Source: Rozella allomycis CSF55 (Eukaryota). Taken from it: DNA of 64,000 bases. The number at the start of each line of letters is the position of its first letter. Within the stretch, counting starts at the first letter, position 1. Of this stretch, positions 14,318 to 27,436 are shown in pieces. Where the stretch lies: contig KE560848.1 in NCBI GenBank assembly GCA_000442015.1, positions 1 through 64,000 on the forward strand, in the 5' to 3' direction. The position numbers and the translations under genes are program-made. A model generated the notes under the pieces. That model searched no databases. It had not been told where the DNA came from and saw only the letters and a program-made list of their open reading frames with translations.

Positions 14318-16238
14318 ATGAGGATTCATCACCGTTTGCATCACATATCAGCGAATTCGAATTCATTTTTTCAAATATTATTTGGTATAGCTCAGAATAA
14401 GCGGTTCATATTTTTATTTACATTGATCGCATTCTTTCTTACGACGCAAACTATTTTCGAAACTGACAGTGGTAATAATACTTGGGCTGCATATTGTTAG
14501 CTATTCAAAGAAACCAAAAAACTAAACATTCTCAGGTTCATGCATCAAGTGATGACATAGTTCATGATTTTGACGAGACATTACCAGTGGAAATCATGAA
14601 TGGCAATGAAGAAATAAATTTCAGTGCTAAAAGACGCAATAACACGATTAAACCCTCATCTTCCAAATCTACGTTTCCAAAGACCTTCACAGCATTCCAG
14701 CCTCAGGTCGTAAGAAAAGACTCAAAATTCAAAACAGATGAAAAAGCTCTTGATTTTATTAAATCGGTAATACTGAAATTAAAAGTTGAGGAGATGATCA
14801 AACATGCTTGGTCTGGTTATTCCAGTTTTGCTTTAGGATCGGATGAGTTAAGACCAATATCTAAAACATCCCGTAATTGGATGACAAAATCTGGGTTTGC
14901 GGCAACTTTAATTGATTCGTTGGATACATTGTGGATAGCCGATATGAAGACAGAATTTTATGATGCCTTGGAGGAAGTGAAAAAGATCAACTTTGACCAA
15001 GTATTTAGATGAGAAAAATGTGATATAGAATGACAGTACATCTGTATTTGAAACGTGCATTCGTATTTTAGGAGGGCTACTCTCAGCGTACGATTTGTCC
15101 GGAGAAAAGGTGCTAATTGAAAAGGCAATTGAGATAGCGGATAGATTATTGCCGGCTTTTGATTCCCCAAGTGGGATACCAAGTGGTTTAATTAATTTGC
15201 ATACGTATAAATCAATAAACTATTTAATTAGTGGGGAAACAGGGAAGCAACCATGGTTAGGTGATGCCGTCTCGCTTGCAGAGATTGGTTCCCTGCAATT
15301 AGAATTTACATTTCTATCTGAAATAACGGGTATTCAAAAATACAAAGAAAAATCGCAACAAGTATTCTTCACATTGTCCAAAATGAAAACTAAAGTGCCT
15401 GGCCTATATCCAATGAGGATACTTCCTGATACGTTTGAGCAACCTGCAGATGAGTTCTCATTAGGAGGTTTATCTGATAGTTTCTATGAATATCTTTTGA
15501 AGCTGTGGATTTTGGAGGATAAAAAGCCTACTCTCTTTAGAAAAATGTTTGACGATGCGATGGATGCGTCGACCAAAGTGTTACTTGGAACAAATAAAAT
15601 GGGATACCGCTACTTTGGAACTTATCGAGGTATTTTGATACCGGAAATGGAGCACTTGGTAATATTTAATTGTTAATAGAACTTTAGACATGCTTTTCTG
15701 GAGGGATGATTGCTTTAGGAGTAATGACAAGAACTTCATCGTCCCAACAAAAGTATTTTGAACTAGCTTCTGAAATTACTGAGACTTGCTATCAAATGTA
15801 CCACCGGCAAGTTTCCGGACTATCACCAGAAAAAGTGAGCATGAACAATTTTGAGGCGCTTGTGCCATATTTTATACAGCGGCCAGAAACGGTTGAAAGT
15901 ATATTCTATATGTGGAGATTCACTCACAATCCAAAATATCGAGAGTGGGGCCTTGAAATTGCCAAAGTAAGTTCTATTTATTCATTCTATAGAATATTGA
16001 AATGCATTGTAAGGTTAAACATGGTTACGCCGGTGTAGAAAATGTCACCGCTAAACATCTTCAATTACGTGACAATCAAGAGAGTTTTTTTCTTGCGGAA
16101 ACCTTAAAATACTTGTATTTATTATTTAGTGATGATGATAAAATTTCTCTTGATCAATACGTTTTTAATACGGAAGGGCATCCATTTTCAATTCATTCTC
16201 CAAGGAGATTTTTTAATGACTTTTCAAAAGACAATTGA
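14318..16238 (+). CDS. Class I alpha-1,2-mannosidase (GH47), type II membrane protein
   Basis: [67 protein letters not shown]. Confidence 0.96.
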
Positions 16239-16285
16239 AATAAAAAATGGGAGTGTAAAATAATATTTATTTCAAATTAATCTAT

Positions 16286-17388
16286 TTATAGTTCTCCACT
16301 GCTAACAATCGTTATTCTTTTTGTTGGGACTCCTTTTTCAGTGGAGCATTGCTCAATTTTGTTCAAAATCTCTTCTCCTTGAATTATCTCGCCGAAAACT
16401 GTATGTTTTCCATCAAGCCTTTATTAATGTCAATTATGTAGTACCAAGGTGTTGCCTTGAATGTAATAAAGAATTGGGAACTATTAGTGTTTGGGCCAGC
16501 GTTTGCCATAGAAAGAAGCCCTAAAAATTTCAACCACTGAATATTACCTCTTCCCGTATGTTGGAGGATAAAATTTTCATCTGGAAATTTATCGCCATAT
16601 ATTGATTTTCCACCTGTCCCGTCTTCGTTCGTAAAATCACCGCCTTGTGCCATCTTGATTAATAATAAGTAATTTGATTACAAATCCTGAAATACAACGG
16701 TGAAAAATACATCCTTTATAACCAAAACCTTTTTCGTGTGTACATAATGCCCTGAAATTTTCCGCGGTTCTGGGAGCAACATCTGCCCTTAATTGAAAAA
16801 CAATTCTTCCAGCCATATGAGTACCAATTTGAATATCAAAGTAAACTCTCGGCAAAAGTTTGCGGTCCTTCGCTTTCGGTACACTCTTTTCCGTTAAAGT
16901 CTGTATGTTATCTTCTTCATCCATAAAGTTATCATATTCTTGACCTTTCCCATTTGCATAATGCTCCAAATACTCCGCATCTTGCCAAACTACTTATCTC
17001 ATTGCGATTGTAGTTACCAGGTCTCGCAGTTCCGTCTCGCATAGCCATAGGTTTAGCCTGACTGCATTTAATAACTCTTCCGTATAACTCTGATAGATGC
17101 ATATTATCTATGGCATCTTTAGCATCCTCGACATTTTCATATTCCACAAACCCAAATCCACGATGAAGTTCCGTCATTTTTCCTTCTTAAGGTTTAAATA
17201 AACTATGTTTTTACCTGAATCATAAACTCTGGGTATAACTATTTCTGCTATTTCACCAAAGGGGATAAATGCCGTTTGTAAAACAGCTTCATTTACATCT
17301 TGTGCCAAACCACCTTGTTTTGAGGAAAAATTATTTATATACCAACGTATACTGAGCTCTTTCTTTGAGTAACTGGTAAAACGAACAT
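16286..17388 (-). CDS. PPIE: Cyclophilin E (RRM plus PPIase)
   Basis: RRM motifs VYVGGL and HRGFGFVEY are followed by [18 protein letters not shown] and [17 protein letters not shown]. Confidence 0.95.
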
Positions 17389-17424
17389 CGAGACTTCAGC
17401 CACTGAGGTGAAAGATTATTTTAT

Positions 17425-18474
17425 TTAATGAATCACGGAGTTCTTTTGATTTCCAGCATCGGTCACGGAACTCATTTTCTTTAGAGTAGATTGCTCATGC
17501 TTCATGATATTCCCACTGCCGATGATAGCATGGCCGTTCACAAGTGGGTTGCTATGGAAACCAGAAATATTCTTCTTGCTTCTACTATGAGCTGAAGGAA
17601 ATCTATTGTCGATGTACATGGAATATAATGGAAGAAACAAGTCTACAGGCACTGCTATTAATGAAGATACGTTAAGAATGGTTAGCCAGGGATCGTTAGA
17701 CTGGTCCACTCCAGCTACACCAGGAATTATTGTAATAAATACAGCAACTATGTTTTGCAAAACGCACATGAGAGCTGATATTCTCAAAATTATCAATGTA
17801 GTAGAAACCTTTTGGCTATGATCTTCTTTACTCCTGTGTGTGTAGTAGTCGTAACCTTTGATGATCAATACCAAAAAGCAAAATATAGATGTCCAGCCAA
17901 AAGAATATATTATGACTTCCAGCAAGATAGGATCCGTATTTGATATAAACATATAGTTCGTTCTCTTTAGAATTTGATTCTGGGACGCTAATGCTACTGA
18001 AGCTGTTATTAAGCAACTCGCAACGATTGCAATATTGACCATTGTATGTTTTCTCGCATCATTAATTATGTTTTTCATGGGGAATAGGGTAGTGGCACAA
18101 CTGATATCCATGTAAAGTACAGCTGAAACAAGTGTGAATAAATGGTGTGCATTTTTACTGTAGCATTCGATAAATTTAATCATAAGCAAATACCATACAT
18201 GATAATCTGAAAGAGGAACAAGAAGTGAATACCCATTTAAAATTTGTTGACAAAAGCAATAAATCAACTCGTGTACATAGATCCATTGAAGAACACGATA
18301 CGTAGGTGTGCCATACATTTTTGAGAACCTTAATGCTAACATAGCCATCATCACTAGTCCAATCAAGACTGTATACATCAAATTCATCGCTATTTCATTT
18401 AACCTGGGCTCAATTATATTGTCTGCCATTAACAGTATCGTCTCGGAAATTATTTGAATAAATATAGCAGTCAC
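17425..18474 (-). CDS. Multi-pass (about 7 TM) membrane protein, GPCR-like topology; true start unresolved
   Basis: 349-aa ORF with about seven hydrophobic segments and an S/K-rich tail. Confidence 0.6.
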   Translation of the reverse strand: MTAIFIQIISETILLMADNIIEPRLNEIAMNLMYTVLIGLVMMAMLALRFSKMYGTPTYRVLQWIYVHELIYCFCQQILNGYSLLVPLSDYHVWYLLMIKFIECYSKNAHHLFTLVSAVLYMDISCATTLFPMKNIINDARKHTMVNIAIVASCLITASVALASQNQILKRTNYMFISNTDPILLEVIIYSFGWTSIFCFLVLIIKGYDYYTHRSKEDHSQKVSTTLIILRISALMCVLQNIVAVFITIIPGVAGVDQSNDPWLTILNVSSLIAVPVDLFLPLYSMYIDNRFPSAHSRSKKNISGFHSNPLVNGHAIIGSGNIMKHEQSTLKKMSSVTDAGNQKNSVIH

Positions 18475-18686
18475 CAGGACTATATGTGCTCAATAATGTC
18501 TGATTACTAATAATGTCAATATAGCCTGAAAGAAATTACTTTAACCGTGTAATTTCATCACTCCTTATTTTAGCGGTGGCAATGTTCATGCATGAAGCGA
18601 TTTACTTGGTAACGTCACAATCACGTGTTTATGAATCATTTTTAATGGCAAAAATATTCCTTTCTGTTTCATTATAATAATAGAAT

Positions 18687-19398
18687 TTATTTTAATAAAG
18701 TTTTTCTAGCATAGCGATAGCCGCCCCAGAGTAAGGCGAGAGGTGATGTTGACATTAAAGCGTCCAGAATTAATTGCCTTTTTGACTTGTAAAAATTCCT
18801 GACAGAGACCTCAATTTGATGTAAGAATTGAACTATTTTAATGTTCAAACGTACTTGTGATTCATACATAAAACTAAAATTGGATTGAGTGATACATGTT
18901 ACGAGAATGAATGGTTATCATCGAATCTGTGCTTATTTAAGTGGCTTTCGGGCTTTAAAATGCATTTCTTATTTTTGGTCGCCCTCATAATATGTTTTAA
19001 AGGAATCTGTTGCACAATGCCGCTGTCAATTAGGTAAAGTGACGGCAATTCTAAAACTCTTAACTTCCTCATTAAAGTTAAAGACTCTTTGGCTTTCGCT
19101 ATTCCCAGTTTAATTTCGTCATCAAAGCATTCCTGGCTTGATATTAATATCTCATTCCAATGGTCGTTCCTATCAGTCCAATTAAAGGTACTCGTTTCAG
19201 AGAGAATAAAATATTTTACACCAGTACTAAATATGGGCCTTGGTCGTTTATCAACCGCATGTTTGTATCGTTTAATTCATCAATGTATACACGTTCGCTT
19301 GCTTGAAAAGTCGTATGGGGTCGAGTTGGTAATGAAACATAGTATAATAATGACGAAAATACGGCCAAAACAGTAGTGCTAAAAGTAGTAGATACCAT
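18687..19398 (-). CDS. Hypothetical membrane protein (hydrophobic N- and C-termini)
   Basis: ORFs 19216-19398 and 18687-18869 are linked through an open middle exon by two 29-nt GT-AG introns. Confidence 0.55.
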
Positions 19399-19544
19399 AC
19401 GCCAAATTAAACAGCGTGGTTGTCAAGTAAACGTGTTCTATGATGATATTAAGAGTCATATATTTGCCATAATTAGCGTTTTAAGAAATAAATTATCGTC
19501 AAAAAAGTCAAATACGTTATTGAAATTTCAAACGATTGTTTTTG

Positions 19545-21650
19545 ATGAAGGAACCTGTGTCTTTAGAAGAGCTATTGAAGAAGAAAGAAGAAGAAGAACG
19601 TTTGAACGCTAAAGTAAATATTTTATACCCACTTGATAGCCTAAATATATGTCTAAAGAAGAGAGAATGAAAAGAGCACTAGAAGAGAGGAGGAGAGACG
19701 CTGAGAAGAAAAGAAATAATTTAGAAGCGTTTAAAACACAAAATGAACAAAGCAAGCTACCAGAGCCATCACCTACTTATGTTAAAAACACAATACCAGA
19801 GAAGGAGTTGCAAGCCATAAAAGCAAAGTATTTGGGGCTGGAAACTAAAAACAAACGAAGGAGATATTCAGATAGAAGATTTGTGTTTGAATGGGCGGAA
19901 CACGAGGATACATCTGTTGAATCAAATCCATTGTATGCAACGAGAAAAGATTACACGTCGTTTGGCAGGGGCCATACCGGAGGAATTGATCCCAATGAGT
20001 CAAGTGCAAATAAGGATGAATTTTACGAAAAATTAATGGATGAAAGAAGGACCGATGTAGAAAAAGAGAGAGTCAAAGAACTGGACGACATTAAAAAGAT
20101 GAAAGAAAAGAAGAGATTACGATTTGATGATCGTCATTGGACAGAAAAGCCTTTGGAAGAAATGAATTCACGAGATTGGCGTATTTTAAAGGAAGATTAT
20201 AGTATATCAACCAAAGGTGGTTCAATTTCTAATCCGCTAAGAAACTGGGATGAAGCGGAATTGAATTATAAAATAAAAAGAAAAATTTATGACTTGGGTT
20301 ATGAAGAGCCAACTCCTGTGCAAAGGCAATCGATACCGATAATTTTGAGTACCCGGGATATGATAGGGATAGCAGAAACTGGGTCTGGTAAAACTTTGGC
20401 CTTTTTGCTACCGATGATCGAGTCTATTATTAATATAAGAAAAGAAGACAACGATTCTTTTAATAATGGGCCATTTGCGTTGGTACTTGCACCAACTAGA
20501 GAATTGGCGCTTCAGATAGAGCAAGAAGCCAAAATGTTTACTGAAGCATTAAATTTAAAAACTGTAGCAGTGGTTGGTGGGCATATAATGGCAGAACAAT
20601 CGTACAATTTACGTGGAGGCGTTGATTTGTTAATTGCTACCCCTGGGCGTTTAAAAGATCTATTGGAGAGTCACGTTGTTGTTTTAAATCATTGTTATTT
20701 TGTTGTGATGGATGAAGTAACAAATTATACGAAATTAAATAGGCTGATAGAATGATTGACATGGGGTTTGAAATTGATGTAAATTTCATTCTGGACAACC
20801 TTCCCGCCTCCACCCAAAAGCCTGAAGACAAAGCAGAGGATTTAAAATTTTTAAAAAATAAACGATTTAGACAAACAACAATGTTTTCTGCTACGATGCC
20901 ACCTTCGGTTGAGAGAATGGCCAAAAAGTAATTGATCACTTATTGAAATAAAAGATATTTAAAGAAGCCTGCTGTTGTAACGATTGGAATCGCTGGAAAG
21001 GCAGTTGACAGAATTGAACAGAAAGTTGAAATGATGAAAGAAGATCGCAAATGGTATTTTTCATTATTTCTAGTTATACAAGGGATAGACTTGTTCGCAT
21101 TCTTAATGGAGGGTTTGAACCTCCAATTATTGTTTTTGTGAGACAAAAAAGGACTGTTGATTATTTGACGAGGCAATTAGAAAAACTGAATGTAATTGTT
21201 TGTGTGAAATTTAATTAGTTCAAAGTGGTTGGTTTGCATGGAGGTAAAACGCAAGATCAAAGAGAAAAAAGTTTGGATTTACTACGCAAAGGTCAAAAGA
21301 ACATTCTTATTGCCACTGATGTGGCTTCCAGAGGGATTGACATTAAAGATGTATCCCTGGTTATTAATTATGACATGAGCAAAACAATTGAAGGTAATTT
21401 CTATTCGTTACTTTAATTTGATTACACCCATAGAATTGGTCGAACTGGGCGTGCCGGAAAAGAAGGAAAAGCGATTACTTTTCTCACAAATGATGATCAA
21501 GAAACGTTTTATGATCTCAAATTAATGCTACAAGCTTCTCCTATTAGTCAGGTGCCTTCCGAGTTGAAGAATCATGAGGCTGCACGTTATAGGCCAGGAA
21601 TAACGGTAATCAAAAAGAAAAGTGAAGAAACAATTTTCAAAGATGAATAA
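19545..21650 (+). CDS. PRP28: Pre-mRNA splicing DEAD-box helicase Prp28/DDX23
   Basis: [58 protein letters not shown] across an intron, and [12 protein letters not shown]. Confidence 0.95.
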
Positions 21651-21654
21651 ATAT

Positions 21655-22386
21655 TTATTCTTTCATCGATTTAGCTGGGATTCTCGAGAGAATGGTTTTT
21701 CTTAACCCTGTAGGTCTTGTTTTTCCTTTTGTGTAACCATCCTTTGATACACAATAATTATTAACAAAACTCACGACGTCACTTTCAATTCCTTCTTTAT
21801 TACATGACAAACTTCCAAATTGATAGGCAAATTTATCTGGGTGCCTTATTGCAATACAGTTTGCTTGGTCACACATCGAAAGACATCTAAAAGGTATCAA
21901 CTCGACATCAGATTCATTATTACTTTTAATAATTAATTACCACTAGTTTTCGATGACAATATATATGAAGGTAATTCTGCATCAATATTCCCACTACTGT
22001 TGTCTCCTGGACTCATTTTCACCTCGTTAATCTTCCATTCATCGCTTTTTACAAAGTTTCTAACAATACGGCGATACAATATTTCTCCTGTTGAACATGG
22101 CTTATCCTCAACTAGATCTTCAATATCAAGGATATCTTCATTCGCACACATCGGTATTTTTTCTCGTTTCACACAAGCTAACTTGTCCTTTTCCCCTTCG
22201 TTGCATTTGGAACAAACATACAAAATATTCCGTTTTCTTTTACTCTTCTTTCTTCCAACTCTGTCGTATTTGAAAATCTGTGTAAAAATATACCTACATG
22301 ATTACAAGCCAACTTGATATAACTACAACCAAAATACTAACTAGGATATAGATATTTTGCCCAATAAGATTAAACAAGACGCCCAT
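21655..22386 (-). CDS. Hypothetical Cys-containing protein with an N-terminal TM
   Basis: A hydrophobic first exon from the ATG at 22386 joins ORF 21933-22223 by a 28-nt intron. It then joins ORF 21655-21900 in frame only via a 26-nt GT-TG intron. Confidence 0.5.
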
Positions 22387-22925
22387 GCAAATTTTCAAAA
22401 TGTTTTTTCTACCTTCCTCATGCCCTAAACTAGAACTCTCTGACAACAATAACACTATAAATGTTTTAGATGGTCATGGCAAACTATGTGAAAATAATGT
22501 CATATCTTCAAAAGGAAGAAAAGTGATTCGAGCCAATCAAGCGTTTTATTTGTACTTCAAGACACTCGTGTGTATTCAGAACAGCAAAGGACGAGAAATA
22601 TTTTCCATATTTTTATTGAATTTGGTCAATGGCGATGTTATTTGGCAGTTAAACCTCGTCGACTACGGATACAGAGTGTTCCCTGGAGTCAATGTCAATT
22701 CTTATGTCTATCGTTCTTCAGATATTAAATTTCAAGAAAATTCCATGCAAAATATTAATCTTGTCAAGTAATCATAATCAATTTTATTATTGAAGTCCTC
22801 GCACGATAGTTTTGGATCGCATTGAAGATCTTGGCACACTGGCTATATCTAGTTCAGGTCAAACTACATTTTTGAGCTTAAGGAGGATCAAAATTAACAA
22901 AGAAATGTCACTGACTAAAAATTAA
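22385..22925 (+). CDS. Hypothetical protein
   Basis: ORF 22385-22771 is extended by a 28-nt GT-AG intron to a stop at 22925. Confidence 0.5.
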
Positions 22926-23358
22926 ATCTTTGTGAGATAGTCAAACATAAAATACGCTATTGCCTCAGATAAATCCACAATCATCATAAACTTTTCAATA
23001 GTGACACTATTTTGTGTACGATGTTTTCTAATCCTAATCATTGACTTTTAAAATAATAGTTTATACGATCGCCAGTACTCGTGAAAGGATGCACACAAAC
23101 ACAGTTCTTCGACTAAAGCTTTGGTTTCATAATATCATTTCATTTTTTGTTAGGATATCACAATGAATTTATTCTGCTGCACAGAGCACTTCAGGATGGA
23201 GTGAACTCAATTGGATTGAGAATCTTAGCGATTTTTAGGTTAAAAAACAAATTACAATACATTAAATAGAATGAAATAAAATTGGTAATAATATTGATAT
23301 CTAATATTGAAACAATTTTGTCCAACCAAAATATTCCGAATCGACGATTTAATTCCCG

Positions 23359-24312
23359 TTGATGATCGTCACAAAGCCTATTATATTAGCATTTTTATTG
23401 TGTGCGAAACAAATAAATGCATACAAACAATCTGATGCCCTCCCAGATGCTATTTCATCAGGTCAAGATGCTAGTGCTGACGAGTCATCATTCGCTTCTC
23501 CCAGCATAAGGTACAAAACCGGTGGAGACACCACTGAAGATTCTGCTGATAAAGATAAGTGTAATGATGAGGAAGACAACGAAATTATGAATAATAATGC
23601 AGCCGAAGAAGAATTAGATAATGTCAAGGCAGCAAAAGATTACTATAATGGACACTGGGCGCGAAGACAAGTTGACAATAAGGAATCGGGCTATGACGAA
23701 GAAAATGAATCTGATGAATCTGAGCAAGATGACAATGATAACGTATCATCTTACGGAATTTCTGATGAGGGACAAGGCGGATCTAAACAAAATGAATCTG
23801 ATGAGTCTGCTGACGATGAGAGCAGTGAATCTAAACAAAATGAATATGATGAGTCTGCTGATAACGAGTTGGCTGATCCCCTACAAAATGATACAGGTGA
23901 ATTAGCTGAGAATGAATTCAGTGAACCAAAGCAAAGTCAATCTGAAGAGTCTGCTGATAATGGGGCCGAGTCTAAACAAAATGAATATGATGAGTCTGCT
24001 GATAACGAATTGGCTGATCCCCAACAAAATGATTTAGCTGAATCAGCTGAGAATGAATTCAGTGAATCTAAACAAAATGAGTCTGAATCTGATGAATATG
24101 CACAATACGATCACGGGGATTCTACATCTGACCATGATAAACATCATGATGGTGGCAAAAAGGAAGATATAAATCAAAATATCAAGATCAACAACACGGT
24201 ACGAGAAAGTTTAAGTTCAAATGAATACTCTATTAATGCATCTTCAGTAATTTCAGTCAGCGTGGTGGCGTCTTTTGTCATTGCGACTTTAGTGGCCAGA
24301 ATAATAATTTGA
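23359..24312 (+). CDS. Secreted acidic repeat protein with a GPI-signal-like or TM C-terminus
   Basis: Signal peptide, D/E/S/N-rich repeats and the hydrophobic end SSVISVSVVASFVIATLVARIII. Confidence 0.8.
   Translation: MMIVTKPIILAFLLCAKQINAYKQSDALPDAISSGQDASADESSFASPSIRYKTGGDTTEDSADKDKCNDEEDNEIMNNNAAEEELDNVKAAKDYYNGHWARRQVDNKESGYDEENESDESEQDDNDNVSSYGISDEGQGGSKQNESDESADDESSESKQNEYDESADNELADPLQNDTGELAENEFSEPKQSQSEESADNGAESKQNEYDESADNELADPQQNDLAESAENEFSESKQNESESDEYAQYDHGDSTSDHDKHHDGGKKEDINQNIKINNTVRESLSSNEYSINASSVISVSVVASFVIATLVARIII
23780..24096 (+). repeat. Coding higher-order repeat: about 16-aa subunits arranged in a 141-nt period
   Basis: ESKQNEYDESADNELADP starts at both 23827 and 23968. 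Confidence 0.85.
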
Positions 24313-24348
24313 AATAAAATGGCTTTTATTATAACTGCTTATAAAGTT

Positions 24349-25704
24349 TCAATCCTTTTTATGCACCAACAATCTGAAAGTATTTAAATAGAGCATTGAG
24401 TAGACTTCTTTCGCAACTAGTTCAATTCCTTCGTAGTTATTTAATTCAATGGCTTTTTTCATAATACCAGAAGGTAAATTCAATTCATATGGTGCATCCT
24501 GAAAAATGAATCGTTTAAAAATATCTTGCACTTGTTTCTTACTATCTAGAAATTATCAGTCAATGTATTTACTAACGGCATTGTCCAAATGGAGAGTTTT
24601 CGATAATTTTTCTTCCATGCTCTGTGCTGCCCTAAGCTTTTGATATTGCTCATAATAAATTATATTTTCGACCTCAAAGTGCTTTATTGCTAGTTCTTTC
24701 AACAGTTTAAATGTCTCCTTGTCTTTTAACGCTCTTTCAAAAGCCTCCTTATTGTAAGTCAATGATTCCGCCTTTTGATTGTTAACAAAATATGTTCTTA
24801 TCAATGGAAGTACACATGAATATATATGAGAAAATAAAAATCCTATCAAAACAAATAAATTATTGCCGATTTTGCTGAGAGGGGAATCTGAAGGCAAGAA
24901 TGTAATTACAAAATACATGATTATACCCAAATTTTCTGTTAAAAGCGATAAAAATAGCTCTTCCTTTATATGGTAAGAGTCCTTTATCAATCTTAGTTCA
25001 TGAATGACCAGGAGAGATAGAAGAGAGAGCCATACACGATGAACGTTGATGGGAATCATATCAATGAAACTACATTTTCCACCTAAATCCCGTGCGGTAA
25101 AAATATTGATAACGAAGAAAATGGACGAAATAAGAAAGCACCATGCGGTTATTTTCAACACGATACTTAAAGACAAACTCGAAGGAACAAAATATACTCT
25201 TCCTTCTTTGCCATCATCGGAAACAAAAGAATCTTATATTTAATATTGTATGTGTAACTTACGGTTGAAGGAATTATTAGTTCCGGTACCTTTTTCCTTT
25301 TTCGAAGATTTTGCAAAGACTTTGAGCGCAAACTTCTCGACAAAGTTAGTGGATATTTTTGTTTTTAGCTTTAGATTTTGCACTAAGTTAATGCAAATTA
25401 AATGGAGCGCTCTAAATAAGTAGCTATACATCCATATTGGTATTAAGTAATTCGTTAGAATAAGCCTTATCCAGCAAGGATAAACAAACTCTTCGTCATA
25501 TCTATTCAATGTTAACAAGGCGCTTATAACTACGGCATATGAACATAATATACATTGAATCATCAACGGTACCATGCGGATTTTCAATACAGGTTGTTCT
25601 CGTCGGATGTATATAAGAGCTAGAGGTATAAAATGAATGGCAGTAAATAAAGCTGACAAAATAATGAATTCTTGAGTTATAGTCAGGATAGAAGCAGTTG
25701 TCAT
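24349..25704 (-). CDS. 7TM-RGS protein, paralog 1
   Basis: TM region with LKIRMVPL and DSYHIKEEL, followed by the RGS motifs HFEVENIIYY and APYELNL; two introns. Confidence 0.88.
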
Positions 25705-25803
25705 TATCGGAGATTAATTTGGTGTCCGGAGTAGACGCAGTTACGTGAGAGTTTAAAAGGCAGGGAGAATAAAATATATCGCTTCAATCAAATTTATTAT
25801 TAT

Positions 25804-27245
25804 CTATACATTTTCAGCTCCGTCTTTTCCTTGCTGTTGTTTCACGTACACTCTGAATGTATTGAGGTAAATCATTGAATAAACTTCTTTAGCCACTAAG
25901 TCTATTCCTTCTATATTCTTTAGTTCACGGGCTTGTTTAATGATTGTAGATGGAATATTTAGCTCGTAAGGGGCGTTTTCGACTAAAAAGTTGGAGTAAA
26001 TGGCATGTACTCTTTTTGAGCCTATTACACATAAAAATGAGTATTACTTGCAGAATTTTCATGCAATATAGACCTATTCGATTTTTCTTCCAAGTTGGGT
26101 CTGTTGGCAATGAGCTTCTGGTAATCGTCATAAAACATAATGTTCTCGACCTCAAAATGCTTTATTGCTAGTTCTTTTAACCTGGAAAAAGTAGCCTTGT
26201 CTGCTAAAGCCCTTTCAAACGCTTCTTTTGAATATTGTACGCCAAGTTTTGTTTCCACGTGCAAATAACTTTTTATCAATGGTATAACGCAAGAATAAAG
26301 ATGGGTTGTAACATAACCAACAGTTGGCCACAAATTGTTTCCTAGAAGTCCTAAAGGTGAATCATCGGGAAGAAACGCTACAACTACGAACATAATTGTT
26401 GCAATAATGGAGATTAAGACGGAAAGGAAAATGTCTTTCTTGATGTGAAAAGAGTCATCAATATTGATTAATTCAGTGATGACATAAAGATTTGCCAGAG
26501 ACACAATGATTCTATGAGAAGTTATTGGAATCAATGCATGAAATGGACAGCTGCCATAAATGTCATCAGTATTGGCGAGGATATTGATTACACAGAATAC
26601 TGTTGAAATTAAAGAACAGTAAAACGTTATCTTTACAACTATATAAACAGATACACCATTAGGAATAACGTATACTCTAGGCCCGCCTTTTGAAGCGTTT
26701 GAATTTAGAGCAGATGCATCAATTATTGAGGCTTCTTTTGAAGAGTTATTTCCTTTGTTGTTTGTATGTTGATTATGGACGCTATCTTTGTTACTGTTTG
26801 AATTAACTGTTTTCGATCGCGAAACCTTATTTGACCTTGCATATACGAAGAGGGCAAACCTTTGAACTAAGCTTAGGTTAGAAAGGAGCACTGAGGTATT
26901 GGTCAATGACAATTCCAATTTAACTCTTTGTATAACATTCATGCAAATCAAATACAAAGCGCGGAACATGTAACTGTATAGCCATAATGGAATCAGATAG
27001 CTTGTAAGGACCATCCGAGCAATACATGGATAGTCAGTTGTATTTTCAAAATATTTCAAAGTCAAAACAGTGTTAATTGTGACAGCTAGACCAGATATCA
27101 TAGATTGCATCATTAAAGGTACCATTCGAACTTTTAGGAGGGGATGTTCTCTTCTTAAATATATCAACATGATTGGAACAATGTAAAATATGGATATCGC
27201 AATAAGCCAAGCTAACAATTCATGTAAACGCGAAGGATCCGCCAT
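25804..27245 (-). CDS. 7TM-RGS protein, paralog 2
   Basis: LKVRMVPL, DSFHIKKDI and HFEVENIMFY; last exon APYELNIPS...KEVYSMIYLNTFR. Confidence 0.88.
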
Positions 27246-27436
27246 TGCAGAAGAATATTTTCCTTGCGGTTACCAAGGACCTGATTTAATATGGTTAAAT
27301 AAATCAAAATGGGGTTAAAAAGCATGTCAAACTGATTCATTCCTGCTAAAAATAGTAGCATTTATACAGCCATTATTCACTTGAATACATACTATTATGT
27401 TCATTAAATATTTAGAATTTCGGCCATGGCAACTAA

